Below, one piece after another: positions 23,718-34,800 of a DNA stretch of 64,000 bases. The DNA comes from Phoronis australis (taxonomy: Eukaryota > Animalia > Phoronida): NCBI GenBank assembly GCA_002633005.1, contig NMRA01000034.1, forward strand, positions 279,259 through 343,258. Reading direction: 5' to 3'. The notes under the pieces were generated by a model. The model worked only from the letters and a program-made list of their open reading frames with translations, did no database searches and was not told the origin of the DNA. Position numbers and translations under genes: made by a program. Each line of letters starts with the position of its first letter. Positions within the stretch are counted from its first letter, which is position 1.

Positions 23718-26360
23718 TATGACAACCCCCCCCCCCTGAGCTAGTGAATGTTTTACTGAGACGAATGACTAGAAATTTAGTTCCTTGGATTCTACTTCAG
23801 TTACACGAAAGTGAAACCAGTTTGGATAATTTGTTGCGTACTAACATAACCTTACCGTAGTAGACGAGAAAGCGCACTGTTTACCCGGAGTATCCAGCGA
23901 AGTTCTCGGCGTATCAAGGGCTTGATGGCACCGTCACGGATTGAACTGAGCAAGTCGTCATTCATGGGCTTGGTTGAACGTGTTGGATGAGATATTCGTT
24001 AACCAACACTCTTGTTTAGCGTACAGGTTTCAAAGTCAAAAAAACGAACAATAAAAAAGACAAACGATAACACAACTGTTTTTAAAATTGAAAAGTAAAT
24101 AGTAGCCGCCTTTGAATTTTTTAAATCGATGCATCATAAGAGAAATTTGCGAACAGGTTTTCTCAGCATCGCGGCTAAGCCACAAGTATTATTTTGTGTA
24201 TCGATTAGGACGGGTTAAATCCCGTCCTCACACACACTTACCCGAGAACAACTTGCGCTAATGCAACTTGCCCCACTTTGTAAGTGGAGCGTCCACACAC
24301 AAACACACATACCTGATAACTAGGGTAAGGCGGAAATTGTCGCTCTGTGCATGACAATGGCTGGTGCGAATATGGCGCGCCCAAGAAGACCCGTCTGTAC
24401 ATGTATGTAACCGCAGCAGATGATTACTTCCGCCCTACCCCACGTTTATGGCCACACAGCCGGTTAAAGTGGCGCAAGTTACTCTAGAACAAAATGGGGG
24501 TAATAAAACCCCAAATGTTAGCGTAGGAGTTGTCTCATGCTGTCCCCGCGACGACTGGGTGATCTCGGCATACAACCTGTATGTGTATTAGTTCTATAAG
24601 TAGTAAGGCCGCTACCCGTATCCTTACAGAAAATTTCGAAACTGCATGGTACTGCGACATTGTTTGTGAGGCTAGTCAGCAGAGAAGATGGCCCGTGTCG
24701 AGTCGAGCCAAGGTTTTCAGCCAAGACGGTTATAAAGTCGATCCGACGCTTCTAATCTCTATAAACAAGACAGGCCTGGTTTATAGATGTGTCTGGTCTA
24801 AAAAAAATTTTTTGTGACATGAGGCGAGTGCATTTAGGACAACTTAAAGGTATGTAGGACTTTCGAAAATAATCCAAATTTGGCAAACTTCTGAACATAT
24901 ATCTCAGACATCATTGATCGGATTCACACAAAACTTTCAGATGCTATGCTTTATGCAGTTTTCTACTAAATGCTAGATTTTACGAAAAACACTGTCACGT
25001 GACCCAATCAATAGCAGATTTGTATATTAAAGTCGATAGACAAATTCTACTGATTTTCTACTTTCAGAAAATATATTACTTTTACTGAGTTGAAATCTAG
25101 TTTTTCTTGTACACCCAGACTTGTCAATAAGATCCTAGACAACCCAAGTCCTCTGTTGTTTGAAAGTATCAGTGATACAAGTGTGAAATATCACCATCGA
25201 AATTTCGCGATTTCGACGAATTATGTGAAGCAGCACTGAAGTCGAGAAAGGAACATTTTGTTGCGATTTTGTGCTTCAAAACTTCGTCGAATTTCGACGT
25301 TGTCCACTTTATATTGAAAACTACTGTAAGAAGTATTAATCACAATTATTTTGAGCAAGTTGGAGATAACACAAATTTAAACAAAACGCAAACGATTTGT
25401 AACTTCACATTTGAGTGTATATCATTATTAATATGCAGACAAATGTAAAAAATTTTCAATTATTAATCCAACTGTGCCACGTGTCAACATGTCAAAGGCT
25501 TGATCGCCAACCTACGGACACAGTTTTAACCTTTTGACGTGAAAACTTGGTGCAGAAACAGACATACTGCAAAATGCACATTAAGATTTATTATTCATGC
25601 ACCTCTACGTAACAAATTTGTTTCCTTAGCAGGCGAGTAATATGGAAGTCAAATACTAACCACGTATCATAAATTCATTTTCATCTCTGGGTACAAATTT
25701 CTGCGGGTGCGCAAATTTATAAAAGAACTACAAAGATTACATTATTCTACTTTAAGAAATCTATACAAATAGCAAATTAAAAGCAGTGACCGTGAACCAA
25801 TGTCGTCAAGCCGTGTTGTGGGGCTTTGAACGTGCACACACTGAAAGCGCATTTCAGGAAATGTGGAAACCAAGTCAGAAGTGGGAGTCAATCCCGAATG
25901 TGAGGCCATTTTGAGCTTGCTGGTGCTTCCAAAATAACCCCCAGAAAGGGGAGTATGTAAAAGAAAAATATCAAAAGAAACACCTCAAGGAACTAGTATC
26001 AGTTTTGTCTAAATTTTGTCCTTCAGAGGTCGCTGACGAACACAAAAAGTTCTGAATGACTTGGGAACAAATAGTTTCTACATCACGCGTTTGTGGTTCA
26101 TCAGAGGTTGAGTTAAATTTTCTTTCGTAGTTTCAGCTTGTACACATACTTCTAAAGCATATCAGCTTATTGTAAGTGTGCGGCATTCTGAGTATAGACT
26201 CAAGATGCTGTAAGGCTAATCAAAATCTGCTTCCAAACCATAGCCCCGTTTTATCAACATTTGCAACATAGATCCACGGGCCACTTTTGGGTGAGTCTGA
26301 TTTCAAAAATTTCCCGCATGTGCACACGACGCGATCAACAGTGTTCACTTGTCTACGGAT

Positions 26361-26565
26361 CTACGATGACAAGTGGTTGGCCAGTTCTACATAAGAAATC
26401 TGGCCGCTCTGGTCTGTATCCACCATACGCATCAGTCTGTCCATGTCGTCCTCCGTGTAATCCTTCTTATTGACCTCCTCCATCACTTTCTCAAGCTCTT
26501 CCCTCGTTATGGTCCCGTCACCGTTCACGTCAAAGCTTTTGCACACCCCAATGAATGTCTGTACT
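26361..26565 (-). CDS. Four-EF-hand calmodulin-like protein, last coding exon (EF3, EF4)
   Basis: cag|A-VQTFIGVCKSFDVNGDGTITREELEKVMEEVNKKDYTEDDMDRLMRMVDTDQSGQISYVELANHLSS*; loops DVNGDGTITREE and DTDQSGQISYVE. Confidence 0.93.
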
Positions 26566-27683
26566 CTGCAACGAGGCAATGAGGTATGCTACAAAATTAA
26601 CATAGAAAGCGAGGCAAGAAACATACATTTGAGCTCAAATTCGTAAAGTTTCGGCTTCCACGTCATACAGCTTCAGAATGGTCGTGGCATTTCATGCATG
26701 TCAGTAGAAATCGGTGGCTCAAGCTATCGTTTCACACAAGTAGCCACAATTTTCAGCCATGAAATGGCGAGCCCGTCGACCCAACTTTGAGGTCGTATGG
26801 AGCAATATAGCAAACCATGTGTTCTTCTCAAGACTACAAGAAAAATCACGTTTAATCCAAGAAGGGAAGATGTTTTAAACAGTACACGTTCTAAATTAAT
26901 GGTATCTTTCGACAGAAAACTGATGTAAACTTTGAGTATGCCAAGAGATTGGAATAGAGGTCATCAGTTTATTTTTTTCAGCCTTGCTACGAAACGTGAC
27001 CAAAATATACTTCAACATCAGGTATCAGTGTCACATCTTAGTTTATGCAGGCTTTCTTCCTCTGAAACACCACGGCGTTTCGATAACAGTGTTTTTTATT
27101 AGTGAACATAATGCTAATTCTCACAAGTTGTATTTCTTTTCCCGCGTACTACAATTCTTGTCTCAGAAGCTCTTTTTCCTTATAAACCACAGCTTGTTCA
27201 CCCTGGGGGATGTTCAGCTAAGACAGTGAGTAGAGTTGATATTAGAAATAATTGAGATGTTCTCCATAGCCAAGGGAAGTCTTTTTACGGGCCTTTCCAA
27301 GAATGAAGTTGAGGAATATTTGTGTGGTGTAAGTACCGTGGGTTTTGGAAGGTTGATTCTAGACTTGTGCTAAGGCATACAGTAAAAAAAAATGCATATT
27401 TCTCAAATAGTGCTCGCGTAAGCCCCATAAGTTTGAACTTGGGACCGTCGTGGTCGCAGTCTAACGCTAAGATGATGGATAAGTGGTAGGCACATTTAAG
27501 CGTATTTTAACTGATAAAGCCATCGGCCTCGATTTCAGCAATTGTACGGCAGACAACGGCAAGATTTGCATTAAATGTTCTGGTCAATGTTTATTAACTC
27601 TTCGAAGCCATCCAACAATAGCCACAAAAATGTGTTTTTCGGCCGTAAAACCAAATAATGTTCCTTTAAAACAGGAACCAGTT

Positions 27684-28105
27684 CCCGTTTGCATAAAACA
27701 GACCCAAATAGGGACTTAACTAGGTTACCTAAATCTACTGCGTATTTGTGGGCTTGTGAGAACCCCCAGTGATCTTTCTTATGCTGTTTGAGTCTCATTC
27801 CTAAGTCAATTTTTGGCCTTGATACAAATCGAGAGTGAATTCTAAGTTAGATTCTCAATATTATTGGAAATAAGTAGGGATCTTTTCATACAACGCCCCT
27901 CAAATTTAAGGACTGCGTCCCTAATTATAATAACTCAATTAAGGGCTCAGTTGTATTTTTGGAAAATGTCATTAGACAAAGAGGAGCCCATAAAAAGATA
28001 AAATGATAGAAAAATATAATTAATGTGTGAGTGCAAAACGAAAACAATACAAAGATTTAGGGAAGTTAGTTGAGTCTCCATTTGGGACTGTTTTATACAA
28101 CCGGG
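27684..28105. mobile_element. Palindromic MITE (PIF/Harbinger-like) in an EF-hand gene intron; related copy at about 33410-33645
   Basis: CCCGTTTGCATAAAACAGACCCAAATAGGGACTTAACTA versus reverse complement of the right end CCCGGTTGTATAAAACAGTCCCAAATGGAGACTCAACTA. Confidence 0.6.
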
Positions 28106-28840
28106 CACAGATACCTAGACACATTAGCAAGTGCATTTTTAGAAAATGAACCTTTTTAATGAGTTACTGTTTTTCAATGATTTATAGATAATGACGCAGC
28201 ATATATATTTACTAGTAGTCCTACAGTTTTGAATTGACACAACATCACCAAGTTAAAGTTGAGACTCAATAGCGGCGTTCTCATGTATTTCGAAATCCCG
28301 GAAATATTTCAGCAAAAAATAACGGGATTAATTCCACAGACAGTTGTGTACCAAGGACACTTGCTGGCTGTCGGAATACCGATATTTGTTGCCGCTCCTA
28401 TTGGCAGTCATTGGCATTATACTACTCTTAATTGGGTACACAAACCATGAGAGCACCCGAAGTGGGCAAAAAGAACCGCCTCAGTGAAAGAAAAAATCAG
28501 AGTAAACGAGACGAAAGTCTAAAAAAATCCTAAAGAAGTCGGCGCGGATGCACAAGTCGTGGGCCTGAACCTATAGGCCCCAGTTTTTTAGGTCCGCATA
28601 TCGAAAACTTCGAGCCCCGCTATATTTTCGGCTGGGTGCGCGCATGCAAACCGATGTAACTCATGAATAAAATTTCCCAGTATCTGTTCAGGCAAATTTG
28701 GTGGAAGTTAGAATACCGGGTAAATCGTGTCCAAAAAATTTCCCATGAAATGTTAGTGGAAAAGTAACGTATTACTTCCACTAAATTTCACATGGGAAGG
28801 GCATCATTCACAAAACCTTCCAACAGCTGTAATAACTCAC

Positions 28841-28911
28841 TTGGCTGCACTCACGAATTCATCCTTGCTCACTTTGCCATCCCCCGACGTGTCGTACTTT
28901 TGCACCATATT
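28841..28911 (-). CDS. Four-EF-hand calmodulin-like protein, coding exon 3 (EF2)
   Basis: tag|NMVQKYDTSGDGKVSKDEFVSAA-AA|gtgagt; 71 nt, phase 0 to 2; too short for the ORF track. Confidence 0.92.
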
Positions 28912-29447
28912 CTACGGTAGAATGTTAAAAACAGTATTCACCGTGAGTACTATCAATAATTATGTTGCATCTGTTCTACACTCTGGATGACGTCACACAC
29001 ATTCTTAATGACACATAGTATTGCCATGCTCAAACTCTATTTGAATGTACAGCAGGTAAATAATGAATTGGATTTTCCAAATCAGGTGTTCGTGAATTTT
29101 GAGCGGGTATCTTGCCGCGACGGGTTCTTCGGGGTCGAGATTTCCCATGCTTAAAGGAAGAAATTTAGTTTTGACAAAGCTCTTTGAAAAATCAGAAAAG
29201 TGTGCGATTTTTTTTTAGATTGGTAATAAATAATCTGCAACAGTTGTCAAACACGTTGCTGAGTTTTGATACAGTGGCCTCACATTATTTTTATGCTAAT
29301 TCAATTCCTTCGAACAAAATGCTCATGCTTATATTATGTGATCAATATATTTCGACATTATAGTTTTCGTGAGACGAATTTTTTTACTACAATAATTTTT
29401 CATGAAACAGAATTATGGTCGATAATCGACAACTTCTCTACCCTTAC

Positions 29448-29558
29448 CTGTACTTGCTCTTCATTAAAGCCAGCCCTTTCAGCAACCGTCCTTATTTCCT
29501 CAATCGACAAAAATCCGTTACCGTCTACATCGGCACTGTCGAATGCTTCAGCGGCTTT
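29448..29558 (-). CDS. Four-EF-hand calmodulin-like protein, coding exon 2 (EF1)
   Basis: cag|KAAEAFDSADVDGNGFLSIEEIRTVAERAGFNEEQVQ|gtaagg; 111 nt, phase 0 to 0. Confidence 0.93.
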
Positions 29559-29861
29559 CTGAAACAAGAACATACAGCGCAATCTTTAAAAACCCCTGAA
29601 GACTGACGCAAAACGAATCAGTTTTGTTTTTAATTTGCCTCAATATGTCGCACTTGTGGTGTTCGTTGATTACTTGTGGGGCTTGTTCATCGGCCTTATT
29701 CAGATGTTTAGTGATGACGTGTCATGGCAATAGATGACGCAATTTGGACCGGAAATAAAAATAGACATGCCGTCACATTGGTCCAAAACGTCACATTGAC
29801 GTTAAAATGACGTCATGCTAAACATTACTATTCCAGTTTGCAGTTGCTTTGGTTATCTTAC

Positions 29862-29870
29862 CTTTGCCAT
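29862..29870 (-). CDS. Four-EF-hand calmodulin-like protein, probable first coding exon (MAK)
   Basis: agcATGGCAAAG|gtaaga: good Kozak context, strong donor, and phase 0 matches exon 2, giving a 131-aa protein. Confidence 0.7.
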
Positions 29871-30533
29871 GCTACTGAATGGGACTTAAAGGTTATGCAG
29901 GACCATTGAAAAATTCATTTGAAACGTTCATTCCATACTATTCTTTATTCACAATTCTCAGTTTTAAATTGGGCCATTTCTTAATGAAGGGATATCGAAA
30001 ATAGTACAGTGGTAATGGAGACGTGAAAAACGATGTATCAAGAAACCTCTTGGGCCCGTTCCAACAAAACTGACTTAGCTAAGACAAATCTTAAATTATT
30101 ATAGTAAATTTTAAAATAAAAATTAGATTTGTCTCAAAACCAATTCAAGAAAGAGACCTTAAAGTTTGACATTAGTGTATGGCCTAAATTTTGTCTTAAA
30201 GGCGAAGGCAACCTTTTTCCATGTCATTTTGAGCTAAAATAAGGTTGGTTGGTTATCCTAGACATATTTTTCACTTAATTACAGCTTTTCGTAATTTTAT
30301 TAATTACTCGTCCGCTTTTCCGGAAGTGACGTTTTAGGAGGCAAGCGCTTCCCGCCACTTGGTTTTGCGTTGAGCTTACTGTGCGAATCTGTTCTATTCT
30401 ACTTTTGTTTTGTGCTATTTTTCACCAATTGTCGCCACCACTTTCCATCGGCGAGTATTCTGCGGCAAGATAGGTTAGTAGAGAACTCAACTGCGTTGGA
30501 TTTAGGGATTGTTTAGTGTGTTGTAAGCTGAAA

Positions 30534-30810
30534 ATGGCTGGAGTCGGTGACCCGTATCACAGTGACAGTAGTGTGAGTGACGGAGACCTTGTTCACAGCA
30601 GTGGTGACGAGGAATTTTTTCACGGACATTCAGTGGGTGGGTACATGTTTGAGCCCGAGTACAACGAGGCAGAGTACACACAGGCACAGGCAGCTGTTGA
30701 GAGAAACGAGGCGGCTACTGAAGACAGACGTGGTGACACATCTTGGTGCAAATGCACTGTGTGCGTTGTTATGCCTACCTCAATTGAATGCTTGTGCTGT
30801 TCCGAGTTCC
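30534..30810 (+). pseudogene. KolX accessory protein, N-terminal fragment (Cys-rich, related to the P2X7 ballast domain)
   Basis: MAGVGDP... acidic stretch, GYMFEPEY, then WCKCTVCVVMPTSIECLCCSE; truncated where it meets the antisense transposase sequence. Confidence 0.82.
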
Positions 30811-31875
30811 ACATCAATTATCTTTTTGGTCTCTTCCTCCATTAGAGTGTATGTGGTATACTTGGCGGACCGCCCTGGTGAGTCAGACAAGTTCTCCTTC
30901 TCCATGAATTCCGCCACCAACTCGAGATGTTGTGACATGTATGCGTCATTGACAACTGGTATTAAATAGGAATTCTGAATGTTGTTGAATGTTGTTTTCG
31001 AAAAAAAACTTGACTTTTCCAAAGTCCATCATTGTCTTCACCGACTGAAACGTGTTTCCAGTGAAGAGCACACCACTGGACATGGTTAAGTGGACCTCCG
31101 GCATACCACGGACAGAGGAACAACTGTCCCACTTGCCAGAGTGTCCCGTGACACACTCCCACTGGATGGTGACCTGAGCACCCAAACTGCTTACATTGTG
31201 TCGTGTGACTCCCTCGCCACACACCTGGCACCTTCTAAATAGCTCCAACACTTTAGACAAGTCCACAATAAACTTATCAAAGTTTGGCTCACCGATCTGT
31301 TCACTGGACGACGAACTGTCCTCTTCACTGGGTGTCGAACTGGGCCTGTAATCACTCCCACTACTCAATATCGCTGCAGGGCTGCTTAGAGGCTCTGGGC
31401 TGGAGAAAACAGCACAGGGCGAATCACTACTGGTTCCAGGAATTGCACGCTCTGGGGTACGTTCGGAGGCACGGGTGACAGTAGATGAAGTGCCTCCACT
31501 GGCTCCAGTCACTGTACTGGCCACAGCTCGCGAGGCTTCTCGCTTCAAAAACGCACTTCTCGGGGGTGGCGACGGGGCACTGCCGGGAATCAACACAGAC
31601 GGAATGGCATCCTTCTTCAAGCGTTGTTTCGCGGGGACCTTCATCAGTTCAGCGTACAAATCCCTTTCGTAATCGGACGGCAGAAAGTGCTTGCCACACA
31701 CACGGTAATTCTCCACTGCTTTGTACGTTGCGTGGACGGGTAACGCTGCGTTCTTCACACGAACGAGCCAAGTACGGCGAAGTGTGTCATCCATCGGAAA
31801 GCGATGCAAAGGCACTCCCAAAGCGCGCGTGAGCCGATAATTACTACATCCCGGTACGCAGCAACAGTGTGGCAT
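30811..31875 (-). pseudogene. Kolobok transposase, truncated: THAP domain, zinc finger and start of the DDE region
   Basis: MPHCCCVPGC...FP...W...VCGKHF (THAP); Ser-rich linker; CQVC...WECVTGH; frameshift at the A8 run 31001-31008; then DSPGRSAKYTTYTLME...KIIDVEL, with the usual preceding GDGR missing. Confidence 0.88.
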
Positions 31876-34800
31876 GTTGACTGACTAGTAAATGAAAGCG
31901 AACGACGACGGAACTTAACACAACCGAGGTAGAACAATGACTGACTCGGCAGCTCTCACAGTCAGACTATGTGAAAAGAAATTGGCGGGAAGCGCTTGCC
32001 TCCTAAAACGTCACTTCCGGAAAAGCGGACGAATAATTAATAAAATTACGAAAAGCTGTAACTAAGTGAAAAATATGTCTAGGATAACCAACCAACCTTA
32101 TTTTAGCTCAAAATGACATGGAAAAAGGTTGCCTTCGCCTTTAATTTTGGCTAACTTTCCAAATGTGGTAGTGTCAAAGTTTGGAACTTAAGACAAATCT
32201 TAGACTTAAGTCAAAAATGAACTTAAGTCAGTTTCTTGGAACAGGCCCTTATCTTATTGACTCAGTCTCTGGAGCATGCGGACGCATGCATATTTTCTTT
32301 TTTGTTGATTATCGATTTTATCCGTTGGTTCCTCCGACGCTGTAAGGTCGTTATCATGTCTACGTCGCGTAAAGCGTAGGGAACAACCGGGGAACTTGAA
32401 TCTAGCGATAAGTAACGCCATCAGGCGTCATAGTCGTCAGATGAATAGGTGTCAGAACGGGTGTCAAAATGTTGTTCCGTTGCCGACAGTAAAATGGTAA
32501 AATGGCCGTTCCGTTACCGACAGTTATGACTCCGCATTTGTTTCATGCGCACTCGTTAGAGTCTATATGTTCCGTCCAGGTAGATTCGGATAATGAATAC
32601 GTACTAATTAAGAAATCCTCTTGTTCTATCGACTCACACACCATTACTGCATGTAACAGTAAAGAACGGCAATCGCGACTGACTTTCATGACCATGAATC
32701 ACACAGTATTAAGGTTGTGCAAGACCTAGCTTATTGACAAGTACATTGAGGCAAATATCTACAAAATTATAGACTTTAACTAGGCAAAAGTATTTAATTC
32801 TAAAAGCACTGAGAAAGCTCCGTAGAATTTGATTGTTGTCTTTATACCAATCTGCCATTAATAAGTTCAAGTGACCATTTTTAGCAACAGGCCCATAACC
32901 CCGCAACCCCCCCCCTAAATCTGCCGATGCTTTGAGAAAACTTGCGTGGTCTCTCTTGAGTGGTCTCTCTTGCGTGGAGTCTCTCTTGCTCCACGATACC
33001 TGAACGCAGACCGTTAGTGCGTTTAATAACGGTCACTCTGTTAGATAAAACTATTGCGTCCTGCTGAAAGGAGGCGGTTACGTAACCTCTGTTACTCTAC
33101 TCCTTCTTTACGAATGTCTTGGAAAGGCACTTACAAAATGTGTAGGCTTTGTGCGCAAATACTGTTATCGCATATTGGCATTGCTATTGTTTGCAAATTA
33201 TTTGGTTTTCGTTATAGAAATCGCCATTACTGAAATAAGTCACGATCCTTTTTTCCCAACGTTACGTGTTTGCCCGCTAAAATAGGACGGGAACCTTCTG
33301 ATAACAGTTATCAGGCGCATGTTTCAAAATGAGTGAGGTGCAGACCCCAGTCAACTATGATGTTAATTGTTTTTATCGACTTTACTTCGGTCTTTTCACA
33401 ATGCCTTTGCCAAGTTGCATGAAACAGTCACAAATAGGGACTCAACTAAGTATTCCCTATATCTATTGCGTACTTGTATCTTTCTTTACTCACAGAAGTA
33501 ATCTTTTTCTGCCATTTCATCTACATTATGAGTTCCTCTTTGGCTTATATAATTTTTTAATATTATAATTAAAAACTGAGCCCTGAGTTCAGTGAAAATG
33601 TATAGGGACTTCGTTCATAATTTAGGTGCGTTGCATGAAAAATCTGGTCTGAAAATCACGTGTGAACTATCGTCAGACTTCAAAACTCAGAGACAGCAGA
33701 TTTACAATCTCACCGTGAGAACTCTGCATTCCAATCACGTGCTCTGTTCGTCCATAGTGATTGCAAGTGATTCACCAGAATAATGTTGTAGAAGACGTAA
33801 CTTTAGTCGGGCAAAAGCATAAACAACTTTGGAATTCATCCCTTCTACCGTGCTAAGAGTCGTGAAATTCGCACGTTGTAAAAGCCTCAGTAATCATTCA
33901 TCGGAAACAAGAGCACAAGAGGCCTACACTAACGTACATTGCATTATTTTGCGACCATTACCCAACTGACAGAAAAATGATGATTGATCCAAAACCTCGG
34001 TAGCACAAGATAATAGTAACAGTACGTTAGGCATACCGTAACATTCAGCATATAAGACCTTGGCCTTATATTTTATTTGTTAAATTTTCCCCCCGAGGAA
34101 ACACATTATCTGACGAAAATATCATGTTTGAACTTCACAACAGATTCTTGTCAGACATATGGTGAGCCTCGATATCGTCCGCCTACAAGTCAGACGGTAG
34201 ATCTGTCTTCATACGATAAGGTTACGTCCCAATGATACTTTTTGTGGTTAGGCTCTCTTATCGCATAGGATGGCACGAGATTGGCCAGACCAGCTATTCT
34301 GCTAATGGACCGTTCAACATGTCAGTTAAACCAATTCCAGCCAGACAGGCCGCGAGAACATGTGAACACAAAACAGTCCGCCATCATTGTCCCACAAACA
34401 TTAGTTGTGAACGAAAGTGTGCAGTTGGAGCACTTGTAATTAAGTTTACAGATACAGAGAACGAAAAGAACTGGAGGCTTCGTGACGGAATACACGCTTG
34501 GATGAACTTAAAGCTACTGTATTATCGAATATCTATCAAACGCAAAACGATAGAAATTCACCTTTGCCACACGCTCGATTCACTGACATCAGGTTTCATT
34601 TTCTTTTGTAGTTGGTGTGATTAAAGCGGAACTTTGTGGATTGGAAACGTGACTTTCGGAAACGTCAAGCAAGACTAAAACACCAATTTTCAGCTGCAGT
34701 CGAAGTGTTTAAAAATATTTTGTTCAATAACTTCATATTTTACCGGAGCATCTGTAGTCTAAAGTGTGATCACCGACCATAAGAGTACATGCCAACCAAC

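Larger units (their letters stand above)
30200..32140. mobile_element. Kolobok DNA transposon, young, internally deleted (1941 bp)
   Basis: TTAA TSD (30196-30199 and 32141-32144); AGG termini; 158-bp TIRs (30200-30357 and 31983-32140) with two mismatches by eye; convergent THAP-transposase and KolX remnants inside. Confidence 0.93.
30052..32248. mobile_element. PIF/Harbinger-type MITE split by the Kolobok insertion
   Basis: GGGCCCGTTCCAACAAAACTGACTTAG (30052) versus reverse complement of the right end GGGCCTGTTCCAAGAAACTGACTTAAG (32248); about 250 bp once the Kolobok is removed. Confidence 0.68.

Noticed and set aside
23870-23985. tRNA-like B box (GTTCAATCC) and terminal CCA on the minus strand
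   Set aside because: The T-stem and acceptor stem do not pair; at best a decayed SINE head, not a tRNA gene.
30516-30845. A host P2X7 receptor or nanor-like gene
   Set aside because: It lies within Kolobok TIRs, convergent to the transposase, and is truncated; no channel domain is present.
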